The notes under the pieces were generated by a model. It was not told where the DNA came from and made no database searches. It saw only the letters and a list, made by a program, of their open reading frames with translations. A stretch of DNA of 62,830 nucleotides, counting the filler. It is 18 parts of 18 records of this genome, joined end to end, with 100 filler letters (N's around TTAATTAATTAA, not from the genome) between each part and the next. Parts side by side here need not be neighbours in the genome. Positions count along the whole stretch, not along the records: positions 36,081 to 38,173 come from SRR16133337_12731; positions 38,274 to 40,285 come from SRR16133337_12846; positions 40,386 to 44,452 come from SRR16133337_13061; positions 44,553 to 46,630 come from SRR16133337_13356; positions 46,731 to 53,180 come from SRR16133337_13370; 13 more parts are not named here. One strand, given 5' to 3'. Shown piece after piece: positions 36,236 to 46,840 of the stretch (its first letter is position 1; the number at the start of each line of letters is the position of its first letter). A program made the translations under genes and the position numbers.

Positions 36236-36452
36236 CTTGTCACGGACTGAACATTCTTCGAAACCTGTGATGTCATTGACTAGGTTGCAGTCATTTATCA
36301 CCTTAATGTGATCTTTTTCTTTTTCAAAGCATTTGCTTTCTTCGTCAATGCATGTAATTTTCAGACATACGTCCCGATTTCCAACCTCCGTGCGACCTTT
36401 GTAAACAGCTGACTTAATGGAACAGTGTATTAAATCTCCCACAAAATAATTC
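36236..36452 (-). CDS. Eukaryotic exon, protein-kinase-like N-lobe (divergent)
   Basis: TTTCAG acceptor and GTATTT donor. NYFVGDLIHCSIKSAVYKG...VCLK...FEKE resembles subdomains I-III but lacks the Gly-rich loop. Confidence 0.45.
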
Positions 36453-38587
36453 CTGAAACAAATGAAGCAAATAGCCAATGATACGAATCTTTTCCGAATT
36501 TAGGAAACACAATGTGTATAAAATTTCAACCACAGCAAAGCATGACAATAGTGCTTACCCAAGCTTCGTGTCAACAAAATCGGATTGCCAATTGTTTTTT
36601 TCATCTTTTGTTTTATAAAATCCAGAGTTATTTTCTTCACTATACAATTTTTCGTCCATGCGTTGTGAAATTAAAGGCACTGGTCTTCCTAAATACATGA
36701 AAAGAAACAAATCCTAAACAACACTCTCCAAAAACTTAGGATTGCAACTTAGCTATCTTGAAGAAAAGAGCCTAATGGTTTTCAAAAGCAAAGTTTTTTG
36801 TCTTTTATCAAACAAACGAAAAAAAATCATATGTGCGAGAAAAAAACTAGTGCTATATTTCGCAACAAAATTAACACTAACACTTCTTTTTTGAAAAAAC
36901 ACTATTATAAACGGCGATCTTATAAATTTTCGGTGGCGCATAAGGCTCCAAAACCACACGCTGAGGTGTGAGCCATGAAAAAATTTTGCAGTTGTGGAAA
37001 TCGACCTTGAATCACAAAACAAACATTGTTCAAAAACAAATTACAAAAATGTGCGCTCATAAAAAATCATTGGATTTTTGAAAATATGTAACGAGTGTTG
37101 GGAAAATGAGTGAATTTACTTTTCAACTAAAAACACACAAATATATGGTAAAGGCATTCCAACAAGTAAAATTGTTTTTGCTCGTTTGAAATGTAACAAA
37201 TGTGTGTGTTTTTGCTTTTGTTGTAAGTAGGGCAACTTTATTCACACAAATAGGTTCAACGATATCAGTTTTTTTGTATTTTGATGTATAATACTATTCA
37301 AAATTAATAACCACACCCATTCCACGCCATCTAAGAACACTCTCTTCCACAAATTGTCACAAAAATGAGTTCATTGGAGTGTGTGTTGGGTTAATACTCC
37401 TGGATCCGTTAATCCATGTATACTGTGACAAACACGCACTTATAAAGTGCATAAAAGTGAATAGCGTGCAATTAAAGAGATAATGTATGTAGATGCAAAG
37501 AATGATTGTAAATATGAGCAACACTTCAAAAATCAGAAAGTATGCCTTCTGGGTTAGACTGCACACTCAAAATGCGATTTTTCAAAACGTAAGTGTGGAA
37601 AAACAAACTACTACACGTTGTTTCTAGTAAGAACACACACTTCTCAGAAAAAGCAATGTTCTAAAATTGAAAGTCTCAACTGTAGAAAAAACGACTGATT
37701 AATGTTTGACATTATCCACCTACTCGAGCCTGCCACTTCACACTTCCTTCAATAAAACAATTGGATCTGTGTTAAAAAATCTAACCGCATGCACCCACCT
37801 CCAACCCAACCCTTTTCGCGAGAACCTTGACTGTCGTCCAGATCCTCAAGAATTTCTTCTATCGATCTGGTAATTCCAAACTCGGACAAAAAACGCTCAG
37901 ATTCTGTCTTTTCATTTTTCTAATTGTCAAGCACAAAAACAAACACAAAATTACAGCATACGCACCAACATCAATTGCATTATATGTTGATAGAATACGA
38001 TTTCAACTAATTTGATAATTTTACGTAATGAGTTGTTCTGAATTCTTTTTCTGCGTTTACTTTCGCTAAAAATATTCATTGATCACAAAACACGTTTGTG
38101 TAATTAACTCCACCTGTGTCATTGATTTCTCGATGAGAAAGAGGGAGTCCAATAATACATGTTTTGCAAAAGTNNNNNNNNNNNNNNNNNNNNNNNNNNN
38201 NNNNNNNNNNNNNNNNNTTAATTAATTAANNNNNNNNNNNNNNNNNNNNNNNNNNNNNNNNNNNNNNNNNNNNGTTTCGTTTTTTCTTCAAAAATACACT
38301 CTAAAGGTTGCAATTCTGTTTTCAGGCATTGGCTTTTGAAAAATAAGTGAACTTTATAACACTTTTGAGCAGGCATTACACGTTAATCTTGGAACGAAAA
38401 GTTTTATATCCCGTCAAATGTTGTATTTTGTTTGTTTGGTTGGTTCACGATTACACAAGAATTAAGGCAATAAAAGAAAAAAACAGTGGTCAATTTTAAA
38501 ATCCAAACGGAGTAGTAAGAAGCGCGCATTCGATTGATTGCTTGTTTATTTGATTTCATCTCATCGGTGTATTTGGTATGTTGTTAG

Positions 38588-38660
38588 AACAAAAAGAAGC
38601 TCTTTCTCGTTCTAGACTACTGTCCTGGAGGAGAATTATTTTTTCATTTGAGCAAAACAG
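38588..38660 (+). CDS. Eukaryotic exon of an AGC-family Ser/Thr kinase (subdomains IV-V)
   Basis: TTGTTAG acceptor and GTAAAG donor; NKKKLFLVLDYCPGGELFFHLSKT(G). Too short to appear in the ORF track. Confidence 0.85.
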
Positions 38661-40387
38661 GTAAAGTAAAACACTTTCGGAATTGTTCATTGACAAGAAC
38701 ATGCGCACGTTTTGTCGATATGTTTTTGAAAAGAAAGGGTTGTTTGTGACAGTAGATTTTTTCAAATATGCGAAGGTGTTCCAATGGCCATTAGTTTTTT
38801 TATTACAGGAATATCGGTACCTTACAAACTTTACTTTATCCAACTACCTGCAGAAACTAACTCTTGCTTCTAGTTATATCATCACTAATGCAAACTATAA
38901 TGATATTATGGGATAATTAATTACTTTTTAGTGATGTGGTTGTGAAAAGTTTTGTGTTGTGAAAAGTTTTGTGTTGTGGGAAGATTTCAACAAACCATTT
39001 GTGTTGTTTTGTGATGACCCCATTTTTATTGAAAAGTATACAGTTTGTGTGTTTTTTAACTACAACTGACCTAAACCTATTGCTGTTCCACCGGACTCTA
39101 CTAGCAGTACCGGAAATTCTTCTTTTCTTGGATCAAATTTTAACACATTTCGATATATCCTCATCCGAGGCACTTTTAATACCAAACTCGTGATAACGGT
39201 CCAGCATCTAACTTCCCTATCCCATACACACACCACACACCCCACACATCGAGCGGACAAGGTTATGTAAGTTACAAAAAAAGATATTTTGTTGGGCATT
39301 GGAGATTGTTTCCAAATTTTACTTTTCAATTAAACACAGCAAACAGTGATCTACAAGATATTCTCCTATAAGAAAGTGGGTTTGGGTTGTTTGAGTTCCA
39401 GTGTATTTCCTTTTAAATTGAACTTTCTTTTTGCCCAATGTTTGCCGTTTTCACGGATTAGTGCTCAAGTCTGTTTAGTTTTATGGCAGGCTAACATGCA
39501 TGATCTTCAAATAAATATTCTTTCAACTGCCTGCAGAATCTAACTCTTGCTTAAAATTATATCATTACGCATACGAACTTTAATTGTATTATGGGACAAT
39601 TTATTATATATTTTTTTTGTGCTGCAGGTTGTCCACACTTCCATCATCATCTGGACACGCCGGAGATTTCAATCCGAAGATTTGTGTTGCTATATAACAA
39701 CACATTCTTTCAATGGAAAATACAGTTTGGTTGTTATTTTTTTTTTATTTGCAGCTCTTTTGACTGTTCCTCCTACCTCTAGAAAATTGCCAAGTGCATG
39801 AACTTCTAATGTTTTCGTATGTGTTATATCAAGAAAGATAACACTTTTACATACCTTCCGAGCCGCTTTTCCAACCAGCTCTTACGAGGCAGCAAATTAA
39901 AAAAAAATATATCATTTTTTGGGGTCAAAATTGTACTGTGTTTGCAAATACGGTGGCACTGAAGTGTTCAAGAGAGCATGTCCGTCACTTACGTCATGTT
40001 ATGACGTCTGACGATACACAAGAAACAAAAACAAAATTGTCCTTTGGATACCAAACGCGATGTCCGTGCAGTGACTTACTTCCTCCAGCAGAAACAAAGA
40101 GTTATGCCAGTTACAATTAAAAAATGTGTGGGTTATGACATTGAACATTTGTTCAAATTTGTCTTTCAACCAAATATATGTGTAAAAGTGTTTCAATGGC
40201 CCATTCGTTTTTATAGCAGGGTGTGCGTTCCTTGCCCTTGCAGAAACCAACGCTTGCTTCTGTTTATATCTTTGCTAATGCAAAANNNNNNNNNNNNNNN
40301 NNNNNNNNNNNNNNNNNNNNNNNNNNNNNTTAATTAATTAANNNNNNNNNNNNNNNNNNNNNNNNNNNNNNNNNNNNNNNNNNNNAC

Positions 40388-42646
40388 TGGGAAGATTCTC
40401 TTTTTGATTTTGGAATTAGAAGTTTTACAGTTGAATCTTTAGGTAAATTAGAACACATTATTAAAAAAGGGTTGGATAAATATGATTATGTAGTAATTGA
40501 TGAAGCCCATAGATTCAGAAATGAAGGAACACAATCGTATGCAAATCTTTTAGATATATGTAGAGGAAAGAAAGTGATTTTAGTTACTGCAACACCATTA
40601 AACAATACGGTTGATGATATTTTTACTCAATTAAAATTATTTCAAGCACCAAAAAACTCAACAATACCAGGAGTACCTAATTTAGAAAAATTCTTTTCTG
40701 CATTCAGAACCCAATTAAATAAAATAGACAAAGCAGACCCAGAATATAAAGTAGCAATCAAAGAAATATCTAATAAAATTAAGAACAGTATTCTTAGATA
40801 TGTAATGGTTCGTAGAACAAGAAATGATGTTGTTACCTATTTCCAAGAAGATATAGTAAAACAAAAATTAGAGTTTCCCAATTTAGAGGACCCTCAAAAA
40901 ATTGTATATAAATATGAAGGCGATTTAGAAATCACCTTTAATAAAACTATGAAATACTTGCAGGAGTTTACTTATGCAAGATATACACCTTTGTTATACT
41001 ACATTGGCAATAAAAAACTGACAGAGTTCGAAAAGCAACAGCAAAGAAATGTTGGTGGCTTTATGAAAGGGATATTGGTAAAAAGGTTAGAAAGTAGTTT
41101 TTATGCTTTTAGACAAAGTGTAGATAGGTTTATTCTTTCTTACAGCAACTTTATCAATATGTTCAATGACGGAACAGTTTACATTAGTAAAAAAGCAAAT
41201 GTATATGACTTATTAGATAATGATGATTTTGAAAAATTAGAAAGTTTAGTAGATGAAGATAAAGCACATAAATACGATTCTAAAGATTTTAGAAAAGAGT
41301 TCATTACTAAGTTAGAGTTTGATTTAAAAATACTAAAAGACATACAAACACAATGGAAAAGTGTTGATTCTGACCCAAAATTAGAACAATTCATATCAGA
41401 TTTAAAAACGGATAAAATTCTAAAAAAGAATAAATTAGTAATCTTTACAGAGTCTAAAGAAACAGGAGACTATATTTTTGAAGCATTACTAAAAGAGTTT
41501 CCAAATAAAGTATTGTTTTATTCAAGTAAAGGCGGAAGACATACAAACGACAAAATAACCTCAAATCATAATGTGGCTCGTGATATGATACAAGCCAATT
41601 TCGACCCAAATAGAAAACCAAAAGAACAAACCAATGATTTAAGAATATTGATTGCTACTGATATTTTAGCAGAGGGAATAAACTTACACCGTTCTAACAC
41701 TATTATCAATTACGATTTACCTTGGAATCCTACCAGAGTGCTACAAAGAGTTGGTCGTGTTAATCGTTTAGGTAGCACATTTTCTGATGTATTTATTTAT
41801 AACTTCTTTCCTACTACGCATTCAGATGAACATCTTGGGTTAGAAATAAATATCACTAATAAAATTCAAATGTTTCACGATATATTAGGAGAAGATGCTA
41901 AGTATTTGAGTGATAGTGAAGAGTTTGGTAGTCAAGAATTATTCAATACATTAAACAATAAAAAATCATACTCTGGTGAAGATGAAGAAGGAGATTCTGA
42001 ATTGAAATATCTTGAGAGGATGCGTAAAATTAGAGATGAAAATCCTGATTTATTTGAGAAAATAAAAAAACTACCTAAAAAAGCACGTTCAGGATTCCAA
42101 AAAGAAAAAATTGATATTGAGCAGTTAGTTACTTTCTTTAGAATAGGAAAATTGAAAAAATTCTATTTAAACCAAAGTGGAAAATCTAACGAAATAACTT
42201 TTTTTGATGCTGTAAAAGAATTAGAGTGTACACCACTTACTAAAAGAGCCAATATACCTGATGATTACTTCCTTTTATTGCAAACCAACAAATCTAAGTT
42301 TGAGATAGATACAACCATTGGTGATGAACCTTTAAAATCATCTGGTGGTCGTTCCAATGTAACATATATCGAAAAACGTTTAAAAGATAGGTCGTTTAAA
42401 AACTGTAAAACATTTACCGATTCTGATGATAAATTTATAAATGAAGTAAAAGATATGCTCAATCAAGGTACAATGGCAAAAAAGATAGCACAAATCATTA
42501 AGAAAGAATTTGAAAGAACAACAGATCCTTTAGAAATGCTAAATATTCTTAGAAAAAATATTCGTACTACTGCTATTCAACAAAATAGTAATAATAAAAA
42601 ATTCCAAAACAGAGAAGTTATTTTATCTGGATATATTATTAAGTAA
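40388..42646 (+). CDS. SNF2-type superfamily 2 helicase associated with an RM locus (5' end cut by contig end)
   Basis: Frame is open from the contig edge (WEDSLFDF...). VIDEAH, TATPLNN, KRLESS, ATDILAEGINL, NYDLPWNPTRVLQRVGRVNR. Confidence 0.9.
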   Translation, partial: WEDSLFDFGIRSFTVESLGKLEHIIKKGLDKYDYVVIDEAHRFRNEGTQSYANLLDICRGKKVILVTATPLNNTVDDIFTQLKLFQAPKNSTIPGVPNLEKFFSAFRTQLNKIDKADPEYKVAIKEISNKIKNSILRYVMVRRTRNDVVTYFQEDIVKQKLEFPNLEDPQKIVYKYEGDLEITFNKTMKYLQEFTYARYTPLLYYIGNKKLTEFEKQQQRNVGGFMKGILVKRLESSFYAFRQSVDRFILSYSNFINMFNDGTVYISKKANVYDLLDNDDFEKLESLVDEDKAHKYDSKDFRKEFITKLEFDLKILKDIQTQWKSVDSDPKLEQFISDLKTDKILKKNKLVIFTESKETGDYIFEALLKEFPNKVLFYSSKGGRHTNDKITSNHNVARDMIQANFDPNRKPKEQTNDLRILIATDILAEGINLHRSNTIINYDLPWNPTRVLQRVGRVNRLGSTFSDVFIYNFFPTTHSDEHLGLEINITNKIQMFHDILGEDAKYLSDSEEFGSQELFNTLNNKKSYSGEDEEGDSELKYLERMRKIRDENPDLFEKIKKLPKKARSGFQKEKIDIEQLVTFFRIGKLKKFYLNQSGKSNEITFFDAVKELECTPLTKRANIPDDYFLLLQTNKSKFEIDTTIGDEPLKSSGGRSNVTYIEKRLKDRSFKNCKTFTDSDDKFINEVKDMLNQGTMAKKIAQIIKKEFERTTDPLEMLNILRKNIRTTAIQQNSNNKKFQNREVILSGYIIK

Positions 42647-42649
42647 ATT

Positions 42650-43621
42650 ATGGAAAACACACCTATAAATACATCTTTTGTAACTGATATTAAAAATATC
42701 ATTAAACAAGCACGTAACAAAACGGTAGTTGCCATTAATACAACAATGGTTACTGCATATTGGCATATTGGTAAACGTATTGTAGAAGAAGAACAAAACG
42801 GGACGCAAAGAGCAGAATATGGTAAAGAATTATTAAAAAACTTAGCAACAAGTTTAAGTTCAGATTTTGGTAAAACCTTTGATGCTCGTGAGTTAAGAAA
42901 AATGAGACAGTTTTACACCTACTTTTCAAATCGGGACTCACTGCGTCCCGAATTGACTTGGACGCATTATAGATTACTTTTACGTGTAGAAAACATAGAG
43001 GCTCGTAACTACTACATACAAGAAAGTATAAGCCAACATTGGAGTACTCGAAAATTAGACAGAAACATCAGTTCTCAATATTTTCAAAGAACATTAGCCA
43101 ATCAATTGCCTAAAAACACAGAGACATCTGTAAATCACCAATTTATTAAAGACCCTTATGTATTAGAGTTTTTAGATTTACCAAACAACCTATCTCACAA
43201 AGAAAAGGATATTGAAAATGCTATTATAAAGCAGTTGCAACAATTTTTATTAGAAATGGGCAAAGATTTTGCTTTTGTTGGACAACAAAAAATGATTAAA
43301 ACCGAAACTTCTAACTTCTTTATAGATTTAGTCTTTTACAATTATATTTTAAAATGTTTTGTGGTCATAGATATTAAAACCACTAAACTAACCCATCAAG
43401 ACATTGGGCAGTTGGATATGTATGTGCGAATGTTTGATGATATAGAAAAAGCAGAAACAGACAATCCTACTATTGGCATATTACTGTGTGCAGATACTGA
43501 TAATGTAGTAGCCAAATATTCGGTTTTAAATGACAATAAACTGTTGTTTGCTTCTAAATACCAACTCTATTTGCCTACAACAGAAGAATTACAAAATCTG
43601 ATTGAAAACACATCAAACTAA
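42650..43621 (+). CDS. yhcG: DUF1016/YhcG-family PD-(D/E)XK nuclease-domain protein
   Basis: YWHIGKRIVEEEQ, LTWTHY, IKDPYVLEFL, FLLEMG, FIDLVFYN, GQLDMYV, PTIGILLC, FASKY. Confidence 0.92.
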   Translation: MENTPINTSFVTDIKNIIKQARNKTVVAINTTMVTAYWHIGKRIVEEEQNGTQRAEYGKELLKNLATSLSSDFGKTFDARELRKMRQFYTYFSNRDSLRPELTWTHYRLLLRVENIEARNYYIQESISQHWSTRKLDRNISSQYFQRTLANQLPKNTETSVNHQFIKDPYVLEFLDLPNNLSHKEKDIENAIIKQLQQFLLEMGKDFAFVGQQKMIKTETSNFFIDLVFYNYILKCFVVIDIKTTKLTHQDIGQLDMYVRMFDDIEKAETDNPTIGILLCADTDNVVAKYSVLNDNKLLFASKYQLYLPTTEELQNLIENTSN

Positions 43622-43623
43622 TT

Positions 43624-44452
43624 ATGGAAAAGAAACAAGCAATTCAACTCATATCAGATACATTTAACGCTAAGTTTGATGAAAACAGGTTTTCTCTTTT
43701 TATTAAAAATTTACTAAATGATATTGAACCTAAAACAAACCGATATAGTAGTCAAATGCTTTGGGACGATTATAAAGACCATATTAATTCGTATAAGCGT
43801 ATTGGTAAATATAAAGACCCAAAGGGCGAACGATTAGACGTATTAATAGTTGAGGTAAAAACAATAGCCAAACTCGAAAGAGCAAGAACATCTTTAAGAA
43901 ACTTTGTAACAAAACACTTGAAAACTTTCGGTAAAGATTTTGCTTTAGTGGCATTTTATGTCCGTAATGAAAATGGCGATATTGAAAAAGATTGGCGTTT
44001 CTCCTTCATTAAGTTAGAACATCAATCTTCTTTTGAGAAAGACAAAGTAAAAATCAAAGAAGACTTAACACCTGCCAAAAGATATTCTTTCTTGGTAGGC
44101 AAATATGAGCAATCGCATACAGCCAAAACTCAATTACTACCTCTATTACAAAATTTAGCCAACAACCCTACAGTTGTAGATTTAGAAAATGCCTTTAGTA
44201 TAGAGAAAGTTACAGACGAGTTCTTTGAGCAATACAAAGACTTGTTTAAAAAATTATCCAATCATTTTACAAATGATGCCCATATAAAAGCAGAACTCAA
44301 TAAAGCCAATATTGACAATGCACGTTTTACCAAAAAACTATTAGGACAAATTGTTTTCTTGTATTTCTTACAGAAAAAAGGTTGGTTAGGTGTGCCTAAA
44401 AATGAGAAATGGGGAAAAGGTCAAAAACGATTTATTCAAAACTTATACGACA
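43624..44452 (+). CDS. Probable type IIG (Eco57I/TaqI-like) restriction-modification enzyme, N-terminal part (3' end cut)
   Basis: WRFSF, KRYSFLVG, AFSIEKVTDEFF, KKLLGQIVFLYFLQKKGWLG. Methyltransferase motifs would lie beyond the contig end. Confidence 0.8.
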
Positions 44453-45446
44453 NNNNNNNNNNNNNNNNNNNNNNNNNNNNNNNNNNNNNNNNNNNNTTAA
44501 TTAATTAANNNNNNNNNNNNNNNNNNNNNNNNNNNNNNNNNNNNNNNNNNNNAAACACGTGGCAAAACATGCGAGTGAAATGGAAGCGCAATTTCAAACG
44601 GGATCTTCGTTTGTGGATCGTCTAAAACTCTTGATGGCAAAAATGAGAATGAAAGTGTGTATAAAAATATGATTTTTAAAATGAATCGAATCCTTGTTGA
44701 ATGGAGACGAACAGCACTTTTTGTGAGGGAGAGTTGGTGTTCAACAATTTCAAAAATATTATTTCACAATTTTTTGAAAAGAGTGAGTGGAGGAGCGGGA
44801 GTGTGTGGGTGTGCGTGTTGTGGTGTGTGCTGGTGTGGGGGTGGGTGGTGTAGGGTGAGTATGTGTGGGAGTGGTGCGGTTGTGGTGGGAGGTGTGTGGG
44901 TGTTGGGTGGTGGTAGTGGGGTTGGTTTGTTTCGGAAGCGAATAACTATCATTTTATGTCGTACATAGCAAGATGCGATCGCTTGTTTAGAAAGAGCCTT
45001 GTCGGTTAAATCGCACTTTTAAGTTTTTGTAGATTTGTAAAAAGCAACGTTTTTCTTTTTTTAGAGTTGTAATGTTTCAATGTGCATAGGCCAAAGTGCT
45101 TGACTTCTGTAACAAAATCAAAATATGTATTTCAGATCTCTGCAGCCTGAAAATGTTATGATAACACTATTCTTTTTTTAAAAAAAGTGCTTACGACAAA
45201 GTGTAGATTTAACAAAATACAATTATACCGCACAAAAGAAAGTGGACAAATTTATCATTAATTATTTTAACATTTTTTATAGTGACTTGTGGTATAAATT
45301 ATGAAGTTTGTCAATCGTACTGGATTTTTAAACATGCGGACACGTACATACTTCTTCAAATTTTGTGGCAGGAAAGTGATTGTTGTCGTTTCATTGTTTA
45401 GAAATTGTAGAAATCAAAGTTTCAATAACTTTTATGTGTGTTTTAG

Positions 45447-46425
45447 GATTACTTGCCGTTAGATACTCAAATTGTGAAACTTCGGGTCGCATACTTTAAG
45501 AAATTTCTTGATTCAGTTACAAAACTCGGAGCTCTTACAAGTAGTCCTGTCGGTGGTGAACTTGTTAATCTTGACAAAAACAAACCAATTGAAATGGTAT
45601 GTATGGAATACATTTGTTTTCTTCGCATTTAATTGAAATAATGTAAATTATGTAAATGCTTTCAAATATTTGTTTCGCGGATATTGAAACTTTTTATATT
45701 TTCTTTTATTCTGAGTGACCGTTTGTGGGAATAAACAAACGTTAATATTCTTTCTATTTTTTGGCAAAAATTGATCCATAAGACGTTAGGCGATGAAATA
45801 GAATATAGTGTATTTGGTCCACAAGGGTTTTCCCCCATTGAAAACAAATTATTTAAAAAGAACTTGATATCTTATCTCTCAAAATTCAAAGAATATTTCA
45901 AAAAGTATGTTATTTGTTAAGACATTTTGTAATTTAAAATATTGGTTTTTAATTATCTTAGGTGAGTGGGGTTGTGAGTGGGGTTGTGGGTGCTGTTTAA
46001 TTAATATGTTTAGATACACTATTTTTCCAGAACTTTTCACATCCATGCACGTTCCAAATTATTTTTAATATGTTTTTTTTTCTCCCTTGAGCATTCATTG
46101 AAAACACTATGCTGGACTGAATTCGCATTTCTCGCCTTTTTTTGTCTTTGATATTTTTTAGCCAACTTCTGAAACAGTTGTTAACACGATTGAAGACAAA
46201 TACACTGAAATCAAAAAATCTGATCCACAACTCGAACTCTTCACAAAAACAGAACTTTTCAAATTTTTAGAAATGACTCGCGACACAGACGTTCCTCTTT
46301 CACCGGATGATGAACACTTTCGTATCATATTTGATATTTTTCAGCGTTTTTATCCGAGAACACACGAAAATGCATCTGGGAGCCTCGCGATCGAATACAC
46401 AAAACGGTTTCAAATGTTTTTGAGG
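45447..46425 (+). CDS. Two eukaryotic exons, unknown protein
   Basis: 45447-45596 (DYLPLDTQIVKLRV...IEM) and 46271-46425 (MTRDTDVP...MFLR), both TTTTAG...GTATGT bounded. Phases do not join directly, so an exon may be missing. Confidence 0.45.
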
Positions 46426-46730
46426 GTATGTGAACCGATTCATTTTAGTTTGAATATGTGAAAGGGAAATTTTGTGACATCACAAATAATATTCGACGTG
46501 AAACATAGTATACAAGAATCACACACATTCCTTCACCACCCTTAGCAAGAATACACCCACACCTCAATCTTGCAATTTTTTTGTAAAGGGGTCCTTACAA
46601 AAAAAATAAACATACAGTCCATATCAATGANNNNNNNNNNNNNNNNNNNNNNNNNNNNNNNNNNNNNNNNNNNNTTAATTAATTAANNNNNNNNNNNNNN
46701 NNNNNNNNNNNNNNNNNNNNNNNNNNNNNN

Positions 46731-46760
46731 AAATTCGGGTTTCTAAGGGGACGGAGTATA
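46731..46760 (-). mobile_element. Putative IS/MITE terminus, copy C
   Basis: Reverse complement TATACTCCGTCCCCTTAGAAACCCGAATTT, at the contig start. Confidence 0.6.
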
Positions 46761-46840
46761 ATATAGGGAGCATTCCTATTTTATAAATAAAAACATTTTT
46801 TTAGACACTAAAAAATTAAACATTTTTAAATAACTTTTCT

